Below, piece after piece: positions 48,726 through 61,113 of a stretch of 64,000 nt of DNA. The stretch comes from Basidiobolus meristosporus CBS 931.73 (taxonomy: Eukaryota; Fungi; Basidiobolomycota): positions 39,008 through 103,007 of the forward strand of contig MCFE01000288.1 in assembly GCA_002104905.1 (NCBI GenBank), read 5' to 3'. Position 1 is the first letter of the stretch. Each line of letters begins with the position of its first letter. Position numbers and translations under genes: made by a program. The notes beneath the pieces are model-generated. The model saw only the letters and a program-made list of their open reading frames with translations. It was not told where the DNA came from and did no database searches.

Positions 48726-49940
48726 TTTGGGCAGGTGGGATGGTGTTGTAATCTTGATAATATTGGTAGTCTCTATTCAATAAGGGGATAACAGCTCAAA
48801 TCTTCAGGTAGATCTTGTTGGGTCCTAGGGAGCTTGTATGAACCCCCCATGTTGGGTGCCAATTATGTGGTGGCGTATAAGTCCAAAGGAGAGATATGTC
48901 CAACACTTCTGAAGTGTTTTGTGTGTGGGGTGTTCACTGGGTACAATAACCTCTGGCAAAAGCTTGCTAGGAATACTTGGGTTCTGTCTCTAATCTAATG
49001 TGAAGGGGAATAATGCCACAAGCTTGTCAAGGGAAAACTATTGAGCTGCAATCCCCAACTATGTAGGCATCTTAACAAAAGTATGTGCTGGGTTCAGCAT
49101 CCTTTGAGATGACAATGTACTAAAGCTTCCAAAGTCAAAACAACTGTAAACTCCACCAGCAGGGACTTGATAAGAATGCAGCTGTGGTCAATAGTTACAA
49201 AGACAGAACAGTATCTTTGCCTGTGCAAGAGCAAACTTGGGAAAGAATCAAATATAATAAAAGATACCTATTCTGAGTGTTCCTCACCAGCAGTGCCTCC
49301 AAGGTCAGTTGGCTGTCAGCACAGTTTCCTGGGAGTGTCCTGTGGTCTGGGGTAGGAAGATCAGGTAGCAGCAGGTAGCAGTGATCACACTAATCAACAA
49401 GTTGGTATATTGATAAAAGAGATGATGATTTATTGTTGAGGGATAGCCTCCCCTATATACTTTTCTAACTGGCTAAGTGATTGCTAATCATGGTGTTCCA
49501 GAAGGTTCTGGATATCAATAGAAACCTTAATGACATCAGAATGACCTAAGAATGTTCTAAGTAGGTGCCGGAAGGTTCTAAGAGGCACAGCACATCCAAC
49601 CAATCAGGATTCAGTATTATGAAACCTGCGTAACATAAGGATACCATATATGGTATGGAAATGGTATGGATGGTGACCTTGGTTGATCATGTGTCACAGG
49701 TACTGGCGCGGGTACTTGCCTAATATAGAAGCACTTATAGCTAGTAATCTTACATAAAGTGAGGGGTAACTTATGCAATAAGGTAAGCAGGTGTGATAGT
49801 CAACTGGCTTATGGGATAGTACTGATTGGGTAAGTCAAAAGGGATAAAACTAAAATAAAAGTAGTAGAGATATAGGGAAGTAGAAAATAAGGGAATGAGC
49901 ACATCTGTCAGTGGGTGTCACTATCTCCCCACTACACCAG

Positions 49941-52109
49941 GACACCACTGAAGTTATGCCTGGAGTAAGAAAGTTGATCTATTACCATATTTTGGACAAT
50001 GATGCAACATTACAAGCCATTGAAGAAGCTGGACTCACCATCAGTGGTGAGAAAAGCAGCTTTGGTGTATCAGAGATATCCATTGTTGGATGAAAATGCA
50101 ACACCTTTGGTTGTTCAGCATGAGACTCCAAGACACAAAAGATATGCAACTGGCCTACCCCCGCAAATCTAACACAAGCTTGTGGCTTTGTGGCAGCTTG
50201 TGGGTTCTTTAGGATCTGGATCCCAAGATTTTCTGAGACAGCAGAACCAATGTACCAACTTCAGAGAAAGAATACCCCATTCATCTGGGGAGAAGAACAA
50301 GAAGAAGCCATGCAATTACTGAAAGAGGCCTTAGTATCTCCACCAGTTCTAAGACCTCTTGACTATCAGAACACTAAATGCCCACCTATTTTGATGATGG
50401 ATGCAAGCCCTATAGGAGCTAGAGCACTACTTGGACAAGATGATGAAGATGGCAACCGCTATGCCTGTAGATATGAGAGCTGCCTATTCTTGCCTAGAGA
50501 ACAAAGATACTCAAAGATTAAGAGAGTGCTACTAGAAGTTGTGAAGATGCTGAGGAAGCTGAAGTCACAACTCTACATGACACATTTCATTCTGGAGACA
50601 GATGCCAAGCCACCTATAGGAATGATCAACAAGCCTGACCTACCTGGTGATGCCACAAACTAATGGATGGCATGGCTGAAAATGTTCGACATTGAGGTTG
50701 GACATATCCCTGGCAAGACATTTGTTGTGGCTGATGCACTCTCCAGGAAGGGACCACAATTATTTGAAGACTTGGACCCTGACTTTGATGATATGATTGA
50801 TGCAGAGATCCAACAGGTTGCCATCAAAGACCATGAGAGAACTACCTGGAGCCTGATCAAGGAATATCTAAGGACACTTAAGAAACCTAGTTGGATGGAA
50901 AATCAGGAGTTTAGAAAACTCAGAAAGAAGGCATATCACTACTATCTCAAAGATAATCTTCTTCTTAAACAAGTGAAGCCTGGACTTATGCCAAGAAGAG
51001 TAGTCACTACCCCATAAGTGCAACTGAGCATCATGACAAGTATCCACCAAGGAGAACCAGGAGGACATTAAGGAGAAGAAGCCACCTACAATACCGCAGC
51101 TCAGAGGTACTACTGGGAAAACATGTACTATGATATCCAACACTTTATGGAGTCATGTGCAGCCTGCAAGAAGAGATCCTCCAAGCTTTATGAAGAACCA
51201 CTGCATCCTACTTACACAATCTGTCTATGGCAAATGGCTGGTATTGACCTTGTCCACATGCCAACAGCTGGATCAAAAAAGTACCTGATTGTTGCTAGAT
51301 ATGACCTTAGTGGATGGGCAGAGGCTCAAGCTTTGCCCAACAACAAAAGCCATACCATATGGAGATCTATACTTGAAGACATTATCTGCAGATTTGGCTG
51401 CATCCAACAGTTTGTTGCTGACAGAGAAGGAATGACATCCCAAATGATCCAGGAGCTGTGCTCAAAGTACAAGATACACATTGCTCTTACAACAGCTTAC
51501 AATCCTCAAGCCAATGGAACAATAGAGAGAGGACCTGGACCATTGGTGAACTCTCTTGTCAAGACTTGTGAGAGTAACATAACATTGTGGCCACAGCAAT
51601 TACATCTTGCACTCTGGGCAGACAGAATTACTACCAAGAGAACAACTGGATTATTGCCATTCAAACTACTCTGTGGACATGACTGCATACTACCAGTTGA
51701 GTTAAACACAGTCACTTGGAACTCATTGTATTGGAGATCCAACATGCAGACTGAAGACCTCCTTGCAACTTGCATACAGCAACTTGATCACCATAACTGG
51801 AATATCAACAGAGCTGCTGAACAACTTAAGGATATACAACTGAAGAACAAAGTGCACTTTGACAAATCACACTCAACAAGACCAAAACCACTATCACTAG
51901 GAGACTCAGTTTTACTCTATGATTCCACCTTGGACAAACAATGGAGTTGGAAGTTTGACAACAAATGGACTGGCACCTGCCTCATTTCCAAAGTGATTAG
52001 AAATGGAAGCTACTACATATCTGAGCCTGATAACACCCAGTTGAGAGCACCAGTTGCAGGAAACCAACTTAAGTTATTCAAGCATAGGAGTTTTGCACAT
52101 CAAGATTAG
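49941..52109 (+). pseudogene. gypsy-A (+) RT C-terminus, RNase H and integrase (integrase core open at 51123-52109)
   Basis: Resumes the reading interrupted at 42765; WQMAGIDLVHMP, YNPQANGTIERG, KWTGTCLI...GNQLKLF. Confidence 0.92.
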
Positions 52110-53222
52110 TTTGCTTTGACCCCAGCTCAAAGCTGAGAGGGGGGTGGATGTAGTGGGGTGACAGTGACACCCACTGACAGATGTGCTCATTCCCATATTT
52201 TCTACTTTCCTATATCTCTACTACACTTATTTTAATTTATCCCATTTGTCTTACCTGATTGGTACTATTGCATAAGCTGGTTGACTATCACACCTGCTTA
52301 CCTTATTGCATAAGTTATCCCTCACTTTATGTAAGATTACCAGCTAAAAGTGCTTTTATATTAGGCAAGTACCCATGCCAGTACCTGTGACACATGATCA
52401 ACCTGTGTCACCATCCCTACCATTTCCATACCATATATGGTATCCCTATGTTATGCAGGTCTCAGAATACTGATTCCTGATTGGTTGGATGTGCTATGCC
52501 TCTTAGAACCTTGCGGCACCTGCTTAGAACATTCTTAGGTCAATCTGATGTCATTAAGATTTCTATTGATATCTAGAACCTTCTGGAAGACCATGATTAG
52601 TAATCACATAGCTAGTAAGAAAAGTATATAAGGGAGGCTATCCCTCAACAATAGATCATCATCCCTTTTATCAATACACCAACTTGTTGATTAGTGTGAT
52701 CACTGCTACCTGCTGCTACCTGATCTTCCTACCCCAGAACACAGGACACTCCCAGGAAACTGCGCTGACAGCCAACTGACCTTGGAGGCACTACTGGTGA
52801 GGAACACTTAGAGTAGGTATCTTTTATTATATTTGATTCTTTCCCAAGTTTGCTCTTGCACAGGCAAAGATACTGTTCTGTCTTTGTAACTATTGACCAC
52901 AGCTGCATTCTTATCAAGTCCCTGCTGGTGGAGTTTACAGTTGTTTTGACTTTGGAAGCTTTTGTACATTGTCATCTCAAAGGATGCTGAACCCAGCACA
53001 TACTTTTGTTAAGACGCCATCTAAGCTGGGGATTGCAGCTCAATAGTTTTCCCTTGACAAGCTTGTGGCATTATTCCCCTTCACATTAGATTAGAGACAG
53101 AACCCAAGTATTCCTAGCAAGCTTTTGCCAGAGGTTATTGCACCCAGTGAACACCCTACACACAAAACACTTAAGAAGTGTTGCACGCATCTCTCCCTTG
53201 GACCTATACACCACCACAGTGG

Positions 53223-56200
53223 TAGAATCTCTTGAGTTAGGATCTAGAAGTATTTGGTCATATCCTGAATAAAGATCCAATGTGGTAGTCAGAGGATATC
53301 CAGTAAATGACTCAATATACTCATGTTGTATAGGTGGCTGCATAGCATCTTTGATGGTGACCTTATTCAAATGCTGTATGTCTTGAATAAACTGTAGACT
53401 TCCATTTTTCTCTGACAGTGTAAACCAGGGGATACAATAAGGTCCAGAGCTGTATTCAATGACTCCACTTTGAAATCTTGATTGTAGCATTTCAATTGCT
53501 TTGCTCTGTAATCTTGTGGGAATATGATATGATCTCAGTGCCCATGGTGTATATTCAATGGTATGGATCTTAACCAGTGGAAATAGCTCTGTGGATAAAC
53601 ATCCTCTTTGTTCATCATTAAATGCAAAGACATTATCATAGCATTGTAGCATAGTCAAAAAGGGACTATTCTCCTCAGTGGTAAGAGTAGTCCCAATAGC
53701 TAACTTCTTGAGCTTCTCTTCTGTGAGTCTGATTTTGTCATATTGGTGCAGAGGCTCTATTTGAGAATTGCAGTGGCCTGATGGTGAGATTCCAGTAGAC
53801 ACTGGCTTTGCTTTCAATGCAACTGGCTTATACTTGGTATTTGTCTTACTTGTTGTTGACAGAATGATGTGCTGATCATAAAACAAAATATCATCATGAA
53901 CCTGAGTATTTTGTACTGGAATTAGGTCTGCATTTCTTGGATTATTCACTTCTGCTGCACAAAAAGTTGCCCTTCTTTTTCAATTGTTAGAAGTGATTGT
54001 CAGCCATAAGCTTCCATCAGGACTGTTATAAGCTTGTAGAAGAGATTTTCTCTAATATGATTGTCCTAACAATGCCTCAAAAGTGGGTCAATTGGCAACA
54101 ATAAAAAGGGAAAAGTAACCCTGATTCCTCCAATTTCAGTTGGTACAGAGTGACAAAGTCCAAGCTTCTTCTCTGTTGCACCTGTAGCAGTTCTCATATT
54201 CCAGTCAACTTCTGTTGAAGGCAACTTGATTTTTTCAAGAGTCATAGCAGTGATAGCATTGGTTTCTGATCCGGAATCAAAAGCACATTCCACTTCAACA
54301 TTGTTGATTGTAGCAGCATGGCTTCCTATTGTAATAGAGTAAAAGGCTTTTTCCACTTCAAATTGTAGTTGTGCACTTGATAACATTGTTGACAACTATT
54401 CTTGATAATTCTTCAGCATACCTTTGTTCATAGGCTTAACTATTACCAGTAGTAGTTGACTGAGATTGTTGATAGCAGTGAACATTTCTTGATTAGTAAG
54501 TTGTGGAAATGGAGATTTCCAGAATTTGTCAATAACTCTCTGTGTAACTGCAGTAGTGTCATACTTAGATTGAGATTGCAACTGTTTTTTTTGGAATCTT
54601 GATGCTTCTGGCTGTGCTGGTATTTCAACAACTGGCTGATTTCTCTTGTTGGTACATACCTTTTTTGGATTGCTCTCTGTAGAGACATACTTTCTCTTAT
54701 CAATAAGGCAATTAAATTCTTCAGCTTCCTCATTTTTCATTAGATATTCTTACACCTGCCCTGATAGGTCTGATACTGTAAGTATATAAGGTTCATTGCT
54801 TGGAATTTCTGCAGTTTTTTGGATTTGTATGAAATTTGATGTTGTGGTGCTTTTACTTGATTCTTCTTGAGCAAGTATAGAGGACCTCATTCCACTGTAA
54901 CCTCTGTTGATAGGCAAGGGGTTTCCAGCAATATCACAGATTGTCCCATAGCAATCAATCATAACTTTATGACAGTCAAAATCAATATTCAATATATGAC
55001 AACCATAATGGCTATGTTTAGCAGATTCACAGTACGCACAATACTTGGTTTGCTGTGGATAATTACTAGTTGTTTTGGGATAATCTGGTCTTGCCTTGTT
55101 GATGCTTGACAATGGTACTGTTGTATCCAAGAGAAAAGTGTAATAAAACTCTTGAATGAATTAACTGAACCTAAGTGACAACTAAGTGCAGAATCTTAGA
55201 ATTGTCAAGAGTGCCAGAAATATTAGCAGAGAGGTTCTGGTCTAATATTGGTCTTATATATAGCTGAGTTGGGCTATAAAGGCAACAGAGTAGGTTTGCT
55301 ATGTAGGCTAGGCTTGGTGCTCTTGAGAGTGCTAGATATGCTAAGCTTGGGTAGAAACTAGAATGGATTTGTTGAATTCTTAATTTTGTTGAGACACACA
55401 GTAAACCAAAAGGTTGAGTAAACTTTATTTATATTTTTCTGATTTAGTTGCGTTAGTAAGCACCAAGAGACTGGACTAATTGAAATCTGTTGGGGTGTTA
55501 ATAGGTGCATAAAATAAATGAGAAATTGCATCATTAATCAGCTGATGTCTTGGCAACTGCTAAGTGGTTGGATAAATCTCATATGACTAATCACTTGGAA
55601 AGGCTTAGCAGATCAGTTGAGGACCTAATGACCACATGAAAATTGATTAGGTGTGGCAGCTAAATATAGATTCTGAGAAGTGATAAAATAAACCATAACA
55701 GGGATTAGTTATGTTTGGGTTAGGGAAAATCAGTTAGGGTACTAGATTTTCTAACAGAGTGAAATTGGCCAAGTTTTCAATGTTGATGCACAACAGGTAC
55801 ACTTTGAGAGTTCAACTTAAGAGTCAGTTTTCCTAATGCATCAATTAACTCATTAACCTGATCACTTTGTGGGTCATTTGTACAATGAAGAATTTGTTTA
55901 GCTGGAGTGGAAATCCTCATTTGAATATTAATGGAATCCATGATTTGTCTCCCTGATTGATAGCTTAACACCATTTGTTTAACACTATTGTAGGAGCTTG
56001 TAGCCTGAAGTTGGTGGCTAATGGCATTACATATCTCAGGAGGCATATTCATCAGAAAATAGTTTCTTTGATAAAATCCTGGAATTCTAATAGCTGCTTC
56101 AACATGCCTTGCTTTTGACTCAAACTTTTGAATGTACTTTTGCAAGGGTTGGGTCTTGTTGTGAGGCATTTCTAGCTCATTTAGTGTGACAGACTGTGCT

Positions 56201-56477
56201 TCCTTTTGGTACTCAGCTAAAATAGCTTGTTGAGCAGTGTCCCAGCTATAGTTAGTGCCAACATATATCTAAATGGATCCAAACTTTGTAAGAATCTTGA
56301 TACTACAACTTCAGAGAGAAAGGGAAACAACTGGATTTTGTTCTTGTGTGATAGCTCAAATGCAGCAGCTATATTGTTAGACTCATCTAGAAACTCAGTA
56401 ACATTCTCTCTGGAGAATATTACTGGAATGGCACCTTTAAAAGTGGCTACTAACTCTGGGAGTGGTGTATCAGTCAT
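53223..56477 (-). pseudogene. gypsy-B gag, knuckle, protease and RT N-terminus
   Basis: IFSRENVTEFL, CAYCESAKHSHYGC, FDSGSETN, LDLYSGYDQI; interrupted at 55139-55756. Confidence 0.87.
55139..55756. repeat. Probable solo LTR of another family (618 bp) inside gypsy-B gag
   Basis: TGTAATAAAA...TTTTCTAACA imperfect inverted termini; non-coding; no clean TSD and no second copy in the window. Confidence 0.5.
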
Positions 56478-56520
56478 TCTTGTAACATTTCTTGATGCTT
56501 GTATAGTGAAAGGTTCAAAC

Positions 56521-56538
56521 TACCCAGATCCTCCACCA
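56521..56538 (-). promoter_or_regulatory. gypsy-B PBS TGGTGGAGGATCTGGGTA (tRNA-Ala-like, tentative)
   Basis: Next to the 5' LTR; TGGTGGA matches the typical ...UCCACCA end of tRNA-Ala. Confidence 0.55.
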
Positions 56539-59500
56539 AATTTTTGTTGTGTTGTATTATGATTAGTTTGGGGCTTGTTCTAAAATGTAGAGGCTAATCA
56601 ACCATATACAACAACTTCCAGTATGCTAGTACTGAAATAGTTTACTGGGAGTTTGATATACCAACAAAAGATATAACTTTCACTAATATCCTAAATCTTA
56701 GGCTCAAAATATACTTTAGGCAGTATTTCTCACTTCTACAGCAGTGTTCTGACCTTCTGTTGACTAATGGGCTTATTTACTTCTATAGTAGTGTTTCTTA
56801 ATCTGGAAGTCACTTTCCTTTGTGATAAAATATTTCCTAATATGGTAGTTCCTTAACTCCCCTTTAGCCTAAAGGGGTGTGCTGTAGAAGTCTTTATAGG
56901 GGTCTTTAGACTAAAGGGGTGCCTAAAGGGGTGTCTTCAGAGTAAAGGGGCTTCTTAGAGGGGACTTTTCCAACAGAAAAGTGGTAGTTTCTTGTAGAAC
57001 TTAGATGGGATTCTTTTGAGCTTTGCAGTCTCTTTACTGATGTAGTACCAATCAAAGTCAGAATACTCAACAGTGCAAGTGATGCAGGGGAAGTCTTATA
57101 ACTTTTAAACCTGTAATTCTAGTGTGGAGATTCTGGAAAGAGAGGCTGTCCTTTATTTTTCAGCTGGGGATGTCATATATATGAAATTTCTGAAGGATCA
57201 AAGCTTTTGGGCTATTGCACTAGCAATACACATGATGCAAAGCTAAAACTTTGTAGTGGCACTGATAGGACATAGGTGCAGCACCTATGAGAATTTCACA
57301 TGCTTTGGTTGGTGGGTTCAGAAGTTACACACAATCAAAGTCACCATAGTTATCCTGGAAATAGAGACCTAGTATATATAATAACTGGACTCTTTTGGTC
57401 ATAACTCCTTAAGAATACTTCATATGAGCTGCAATTTGAGACATGTGTTGGCTACTGTGCGTTTTATATGATGTACTATTCTTGGGTAGATTGCTTGTAA
57501 GGGTCTGGAGTATCTGTCCTTCCAATTTGTAAATTCTTGATCTTTCACCTGGGTGTTATGACAGCAAAAAGCAAAATCAAGATATGAGTGCAATATTGGT
57601 TTTGGGATATTTTAGTAATGAAATGCTTTCTGTTATCACAAAAGACACCTACCAGTCATGTTCAGCCGCTAAGAAAATGTATCTGGACAAAAATTATTTA
57701 CTATAAAGATGCTGCCAGGAGAAGAAATGAAAAATCTAATCAACAGAATTACCCTGCTGGTAGATGAAATGGAATCTGTGGGCATACCAACTACTGATAA
57801 GGATGTGATAGTTACCTTCCTGAATACCCTGACAGACAAGTTTCAGGGCTTTGTATCATCCCTAGAGTCCACAACTGAAGATTTCATCTTAAATTATGTA
57901 TATGGAAGGCTCCTGGATGAAGAATTAAGAAAATCAAGCACCAATAAAAAGGAAGAAGAAAATGCTTTAATAAGCAATGACAACCAACAATGGAGGTACC
58001 CAAGATCCTACAAAGGCAACAGCAACCAGTTTTGCAACTACTGCAAAAGGAAAGGACACACATCAGTCTGGTGTCTCAAAAAGAGAGATAATCAGCAAAA
58101 GAAGCCAGAATGTGGAAATGCTGCAACAACTGAAGATAGACTATGCAAATATGCACTAAATATGACCACAAACAAGTATTCTCAGATGTGGTATATTGAC
58201 TCTGGAGCATCTCAACACTTTACACACCAAAAAGTACTTTTTACCCAATATTAAGAAATTTCAATCAACAAGGTTTTGATGGGTGACAATAGAACACTTG
58301 ATGTAGTGTGAGAAGGAACTATCCAAGTAAACCTTAGCAGCAGTGAAGGAAGCCACACACTGACCTTTAAAGATGTACTCTATGTACCAGAAATAGCCAA
58401 GAACCTACTATCTATAAGCAAAGCCACTGCAGAAGGATTCAGTCTCACATTTGACAATTCTTGATGCAATATCACTGATCAAAATGGTGCCCATATTGCT
58501 TTGGGTGTCAGAGATCAGAATCTATACCAGTTGACTTAGATTCCATCATATATCAAAGCCAATATAAGAAACTTAGATGAAGAAACACTAATGCTTTGGC
58601 ACAGGAGACTTGGGCACATCAATTTTGATTATTTATGCAAAATTATCAAAGATCAGCTAATTTCCAGAGTAAAAATTGATCACCCAGCTAATTTGGAGCA
58701 CTGTGAAGCCTGCATATATGGGAAACAGGCCAGACAACTGTTCAAGAGCTCTGGGTTAATCAAAACTAAGAAAATATTAGATTTGATTCACTCAGATCTG
58801 TGTGGACCTGTGCAAAATATATCCTTAGGTGGGAAGAAGTATTTAATCACCTTTACTGATGATTATACAAGATACATGTGGGTCTACTCCATGGAGAGAA
58901 AAGAAGAAGTTCTGTCTAAGTCCAGTGAGTTTAAAGCCATGGTAGAGAGAGAAACTGGTGATGAAATCAAGAAAATATGCTCCAATAATGGTAGATATTA
59001 TACATCAAAATATTTCATCCACTTCTGCAAAATTCATGGGATAAAGCAAGAGACTACTGTACCATACTTCTAACAGCAAAATGGAGTAGCAGAACGCACA
59101 AACAGATCAATAATTGATATGGCAAGAGCTATGATTTAAGATCAAAAATCATCCTATGATTTTTGGGCAGAATTGGTTGCTACAGCTGTATACCTGAAGA
59201 ATAGGAGTTATAACAGAGTACTTCATAATTCTACTACATTTGGGAGTATGGTATGGATTCAGACCAAGTGCTGAACATCTAAGAATATTTGGGTGTACAG
59301 CATTGGCAAGAAACTGAGCCAAAATCTGTCAAAATTTCAGCCAAAAAGTGTAAAATGCATATCTTTAGGCTACTGCAATGAGAGTAAAGCATACAGACTC
59401 TACAATACCAAAGCAAAGAAGATAAACAAGTCCAGGGATGTGTTGTTTGATGAGATTTCAAAATTTTCACAAAAAAAGTCATCAGATGATGACAAAAATC

Positions 59501-59896
59501 TGATCTCAAGTCCACCAATTGTCAGGATTGAATCAGAGCAAAACAATGAAAATTTTTTCACTCCAGAGGACTCCACAACCGTGGTTCAGCCAGAATCAGT
59601 GCCCAGGAATATCCCAGAAGTGATCATTCCAGTACCAAATGCCCCAAGATCCAATTGGACAAGATATAGCCCAAATTACAATATCAATGAGGGTACAAAC
59701 TTAGCCTATGCCTATTCAGTCCATATTGATGAGCCTCAGACTGTAAAAGAGGCCCTAAATAGCCCTCAGACAAAGTTTTGGAGATCTGCAACAACTGAGG
59801 AATATCAGGCTCTGATAGAAAATCAAACTTGAGACTTGGTCAAATTACAAATCATCCAAGAAACAACTGGATGCAGATTGTTCTTTGAGACAAAAT

Positions 59897-61113
59897 ACAT
59901 TTTGAGTTTTTATCAAACAGCACATCCCTGGACTTAATTAGCTTTTTTGCTTTGGTGTTGTAGAGTCTGTATGCTTTACTCTCATTGCAGTAGCCCAAAA
60001 ATATGCATTTTACACTTTTTAGCTCAAATTTGACTGATTTCTGGGCAGTTTCTTGGCCTATGCTGTACACCCAAAATTCTTAGATGTCCTGCACTTGGTC
60101 TGTATCTATACCATACTTCAAATGGAGTAGAATCATGAAGTACTCTGTTATAGCACCTACTCATATGGTATACAGCAGTGGCAACTGATTCTGCCCAAAA
60201 AGCATAGGATAATTTTTGATCATGGATCATAGATCTTGCAATATCAATTATTGAGCTGTTTGCACATTTTGCTACTCCATCTTGCTATGGGGAGTATGGT
60301 ACAGTAGTCTCTTGCTTTATCCCATGAATGTTGCAGAAGTGGATGAAATATTTTGAGGTATATTATCCACCATTGTCAGAGCATATTTTCTTGATTTTTC
60401 CACCAGTTTCTCTCTTCACCATGGCTTTATACTCTCTGAACTTAGACAGAACTTCATCTTTTCACTCCATGGAGTAGACCCACATGTATCTTGTATAATC
60501 ATCAGTAAAGGTGATTAAATACTTCTTCCCACCTAAGGATATATTTTGCACAGGTCCACACAGATCTGGGTGAATCAAATCTAATGTTTTCTTAGTTTTG
60601 ATTAACCCAGAGCTCTTGAACAGTTGTCTGGCCTGTTTCCCAGATATGCAGGCTTCACAGTGCTCCAAATTAGCTGGGTGATCAATTTTACTCCGGAAAT
60701 TAGCTGATCTTTGATCATTTTGCGCAAATAATCAAAATTGATGTGCCCAAATCTCCTTTGCCAAAGCATTGGTGTTTCTTCATCTAAGTTTCTTATATTG
60801 GCTCTGATATATGATGGAATATAAGTCAACTGGGATAGATTCTGATCACTGACACCCAAAGCAATATGGGCACCATTTTGATCAGTGATCTTGCATCCAG
60901 AATTGTCAAATGTGAAACTGAATCCTTCTGCAGTGGCCTTGCTTACAGATAGTAGGTTCTTGGCTATTTCTGGTACATAGAGTACATCTTTAAAGGTCAG
61001 TGTGTGGCTTCCTTCACTGCTTCTAAGGTTTACTTGGATAGTTCCTTCTCACACTACATCAAGTGTTCTATTGTCACCCATCAAAACCTTCTTGACTGGA
61101 ATTTCTAAACATT
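59897..61113 (-). pseudogene. copia-2 protease-integrase segment in inverted orientation
   Basis: Reverse complement of ~58253-59465, highly similar by eye; ends at the DNA-transposon TIR with ATT. Confidence 0.9.

Larger units (their letters stand above)
42766..49936 (-). mobile_element. gypsy-A full-length element (-), 7171 bp
   Basis: LTRs 42766-43836 and 48866-49936, PBS 48845-48861, PPT 43837-43850, flanks CTGG/CCAG at a site read CCGG in the homologous RT. Confidence 0.96.
37854..53218 (+). mobile_element. gypsy-A full-length element (+), inserted in gypsy-B RT and hosting a MITE, a solo LTR-C and a second gypsy-A
   Basis: 5' LTR 37854-39945, PBS 39950-39966, PPT GAGAGGGGGG near 52135, 3' LTR 52149-53218, TSD GTGG/GTGG; the host RT rejoins as RDSTT|MDSSIGL. 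Confidence 0.94.
29066..57640 (-). mobile_element. gypsy-B LTR retrotransposon with nested insertions
   Basis: 3' LTR 29066-35548 (interrupted), 5' LTR 56545-57640, TSD AAAG at 29062-29065 and 57641-57644, PPT AGGGGAGAC, PBS at 56521-56538. Confidence 0.92.
28749..59896 (+). mobile_element. copia-2 element whose gag is split by the 28.6-kb gypsy-B nest; 3'-truncated at the start of RT
   Basis: Gag reads AKNAWKALK|DTYQSCSAAKKMYL across 29065/57645; CNYCKRKGH knuckle, YIDSGASQH, LWHRRLGH, IHSDLCGP. Confidence 0.9.

Noticed and set aside
2873-51775. Many 60-110 aa ORFs antisense to pol, gag or ORF2 (e.g. 2873, 14141, 25025, 31854, 51506)
   Set aside because: Shadow frames of TE coding regions with no independent motifs.
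55715-55740. Two TTAGGG motifs as a telomeric relic
   Set aside because: Not tandem; expected by chance.
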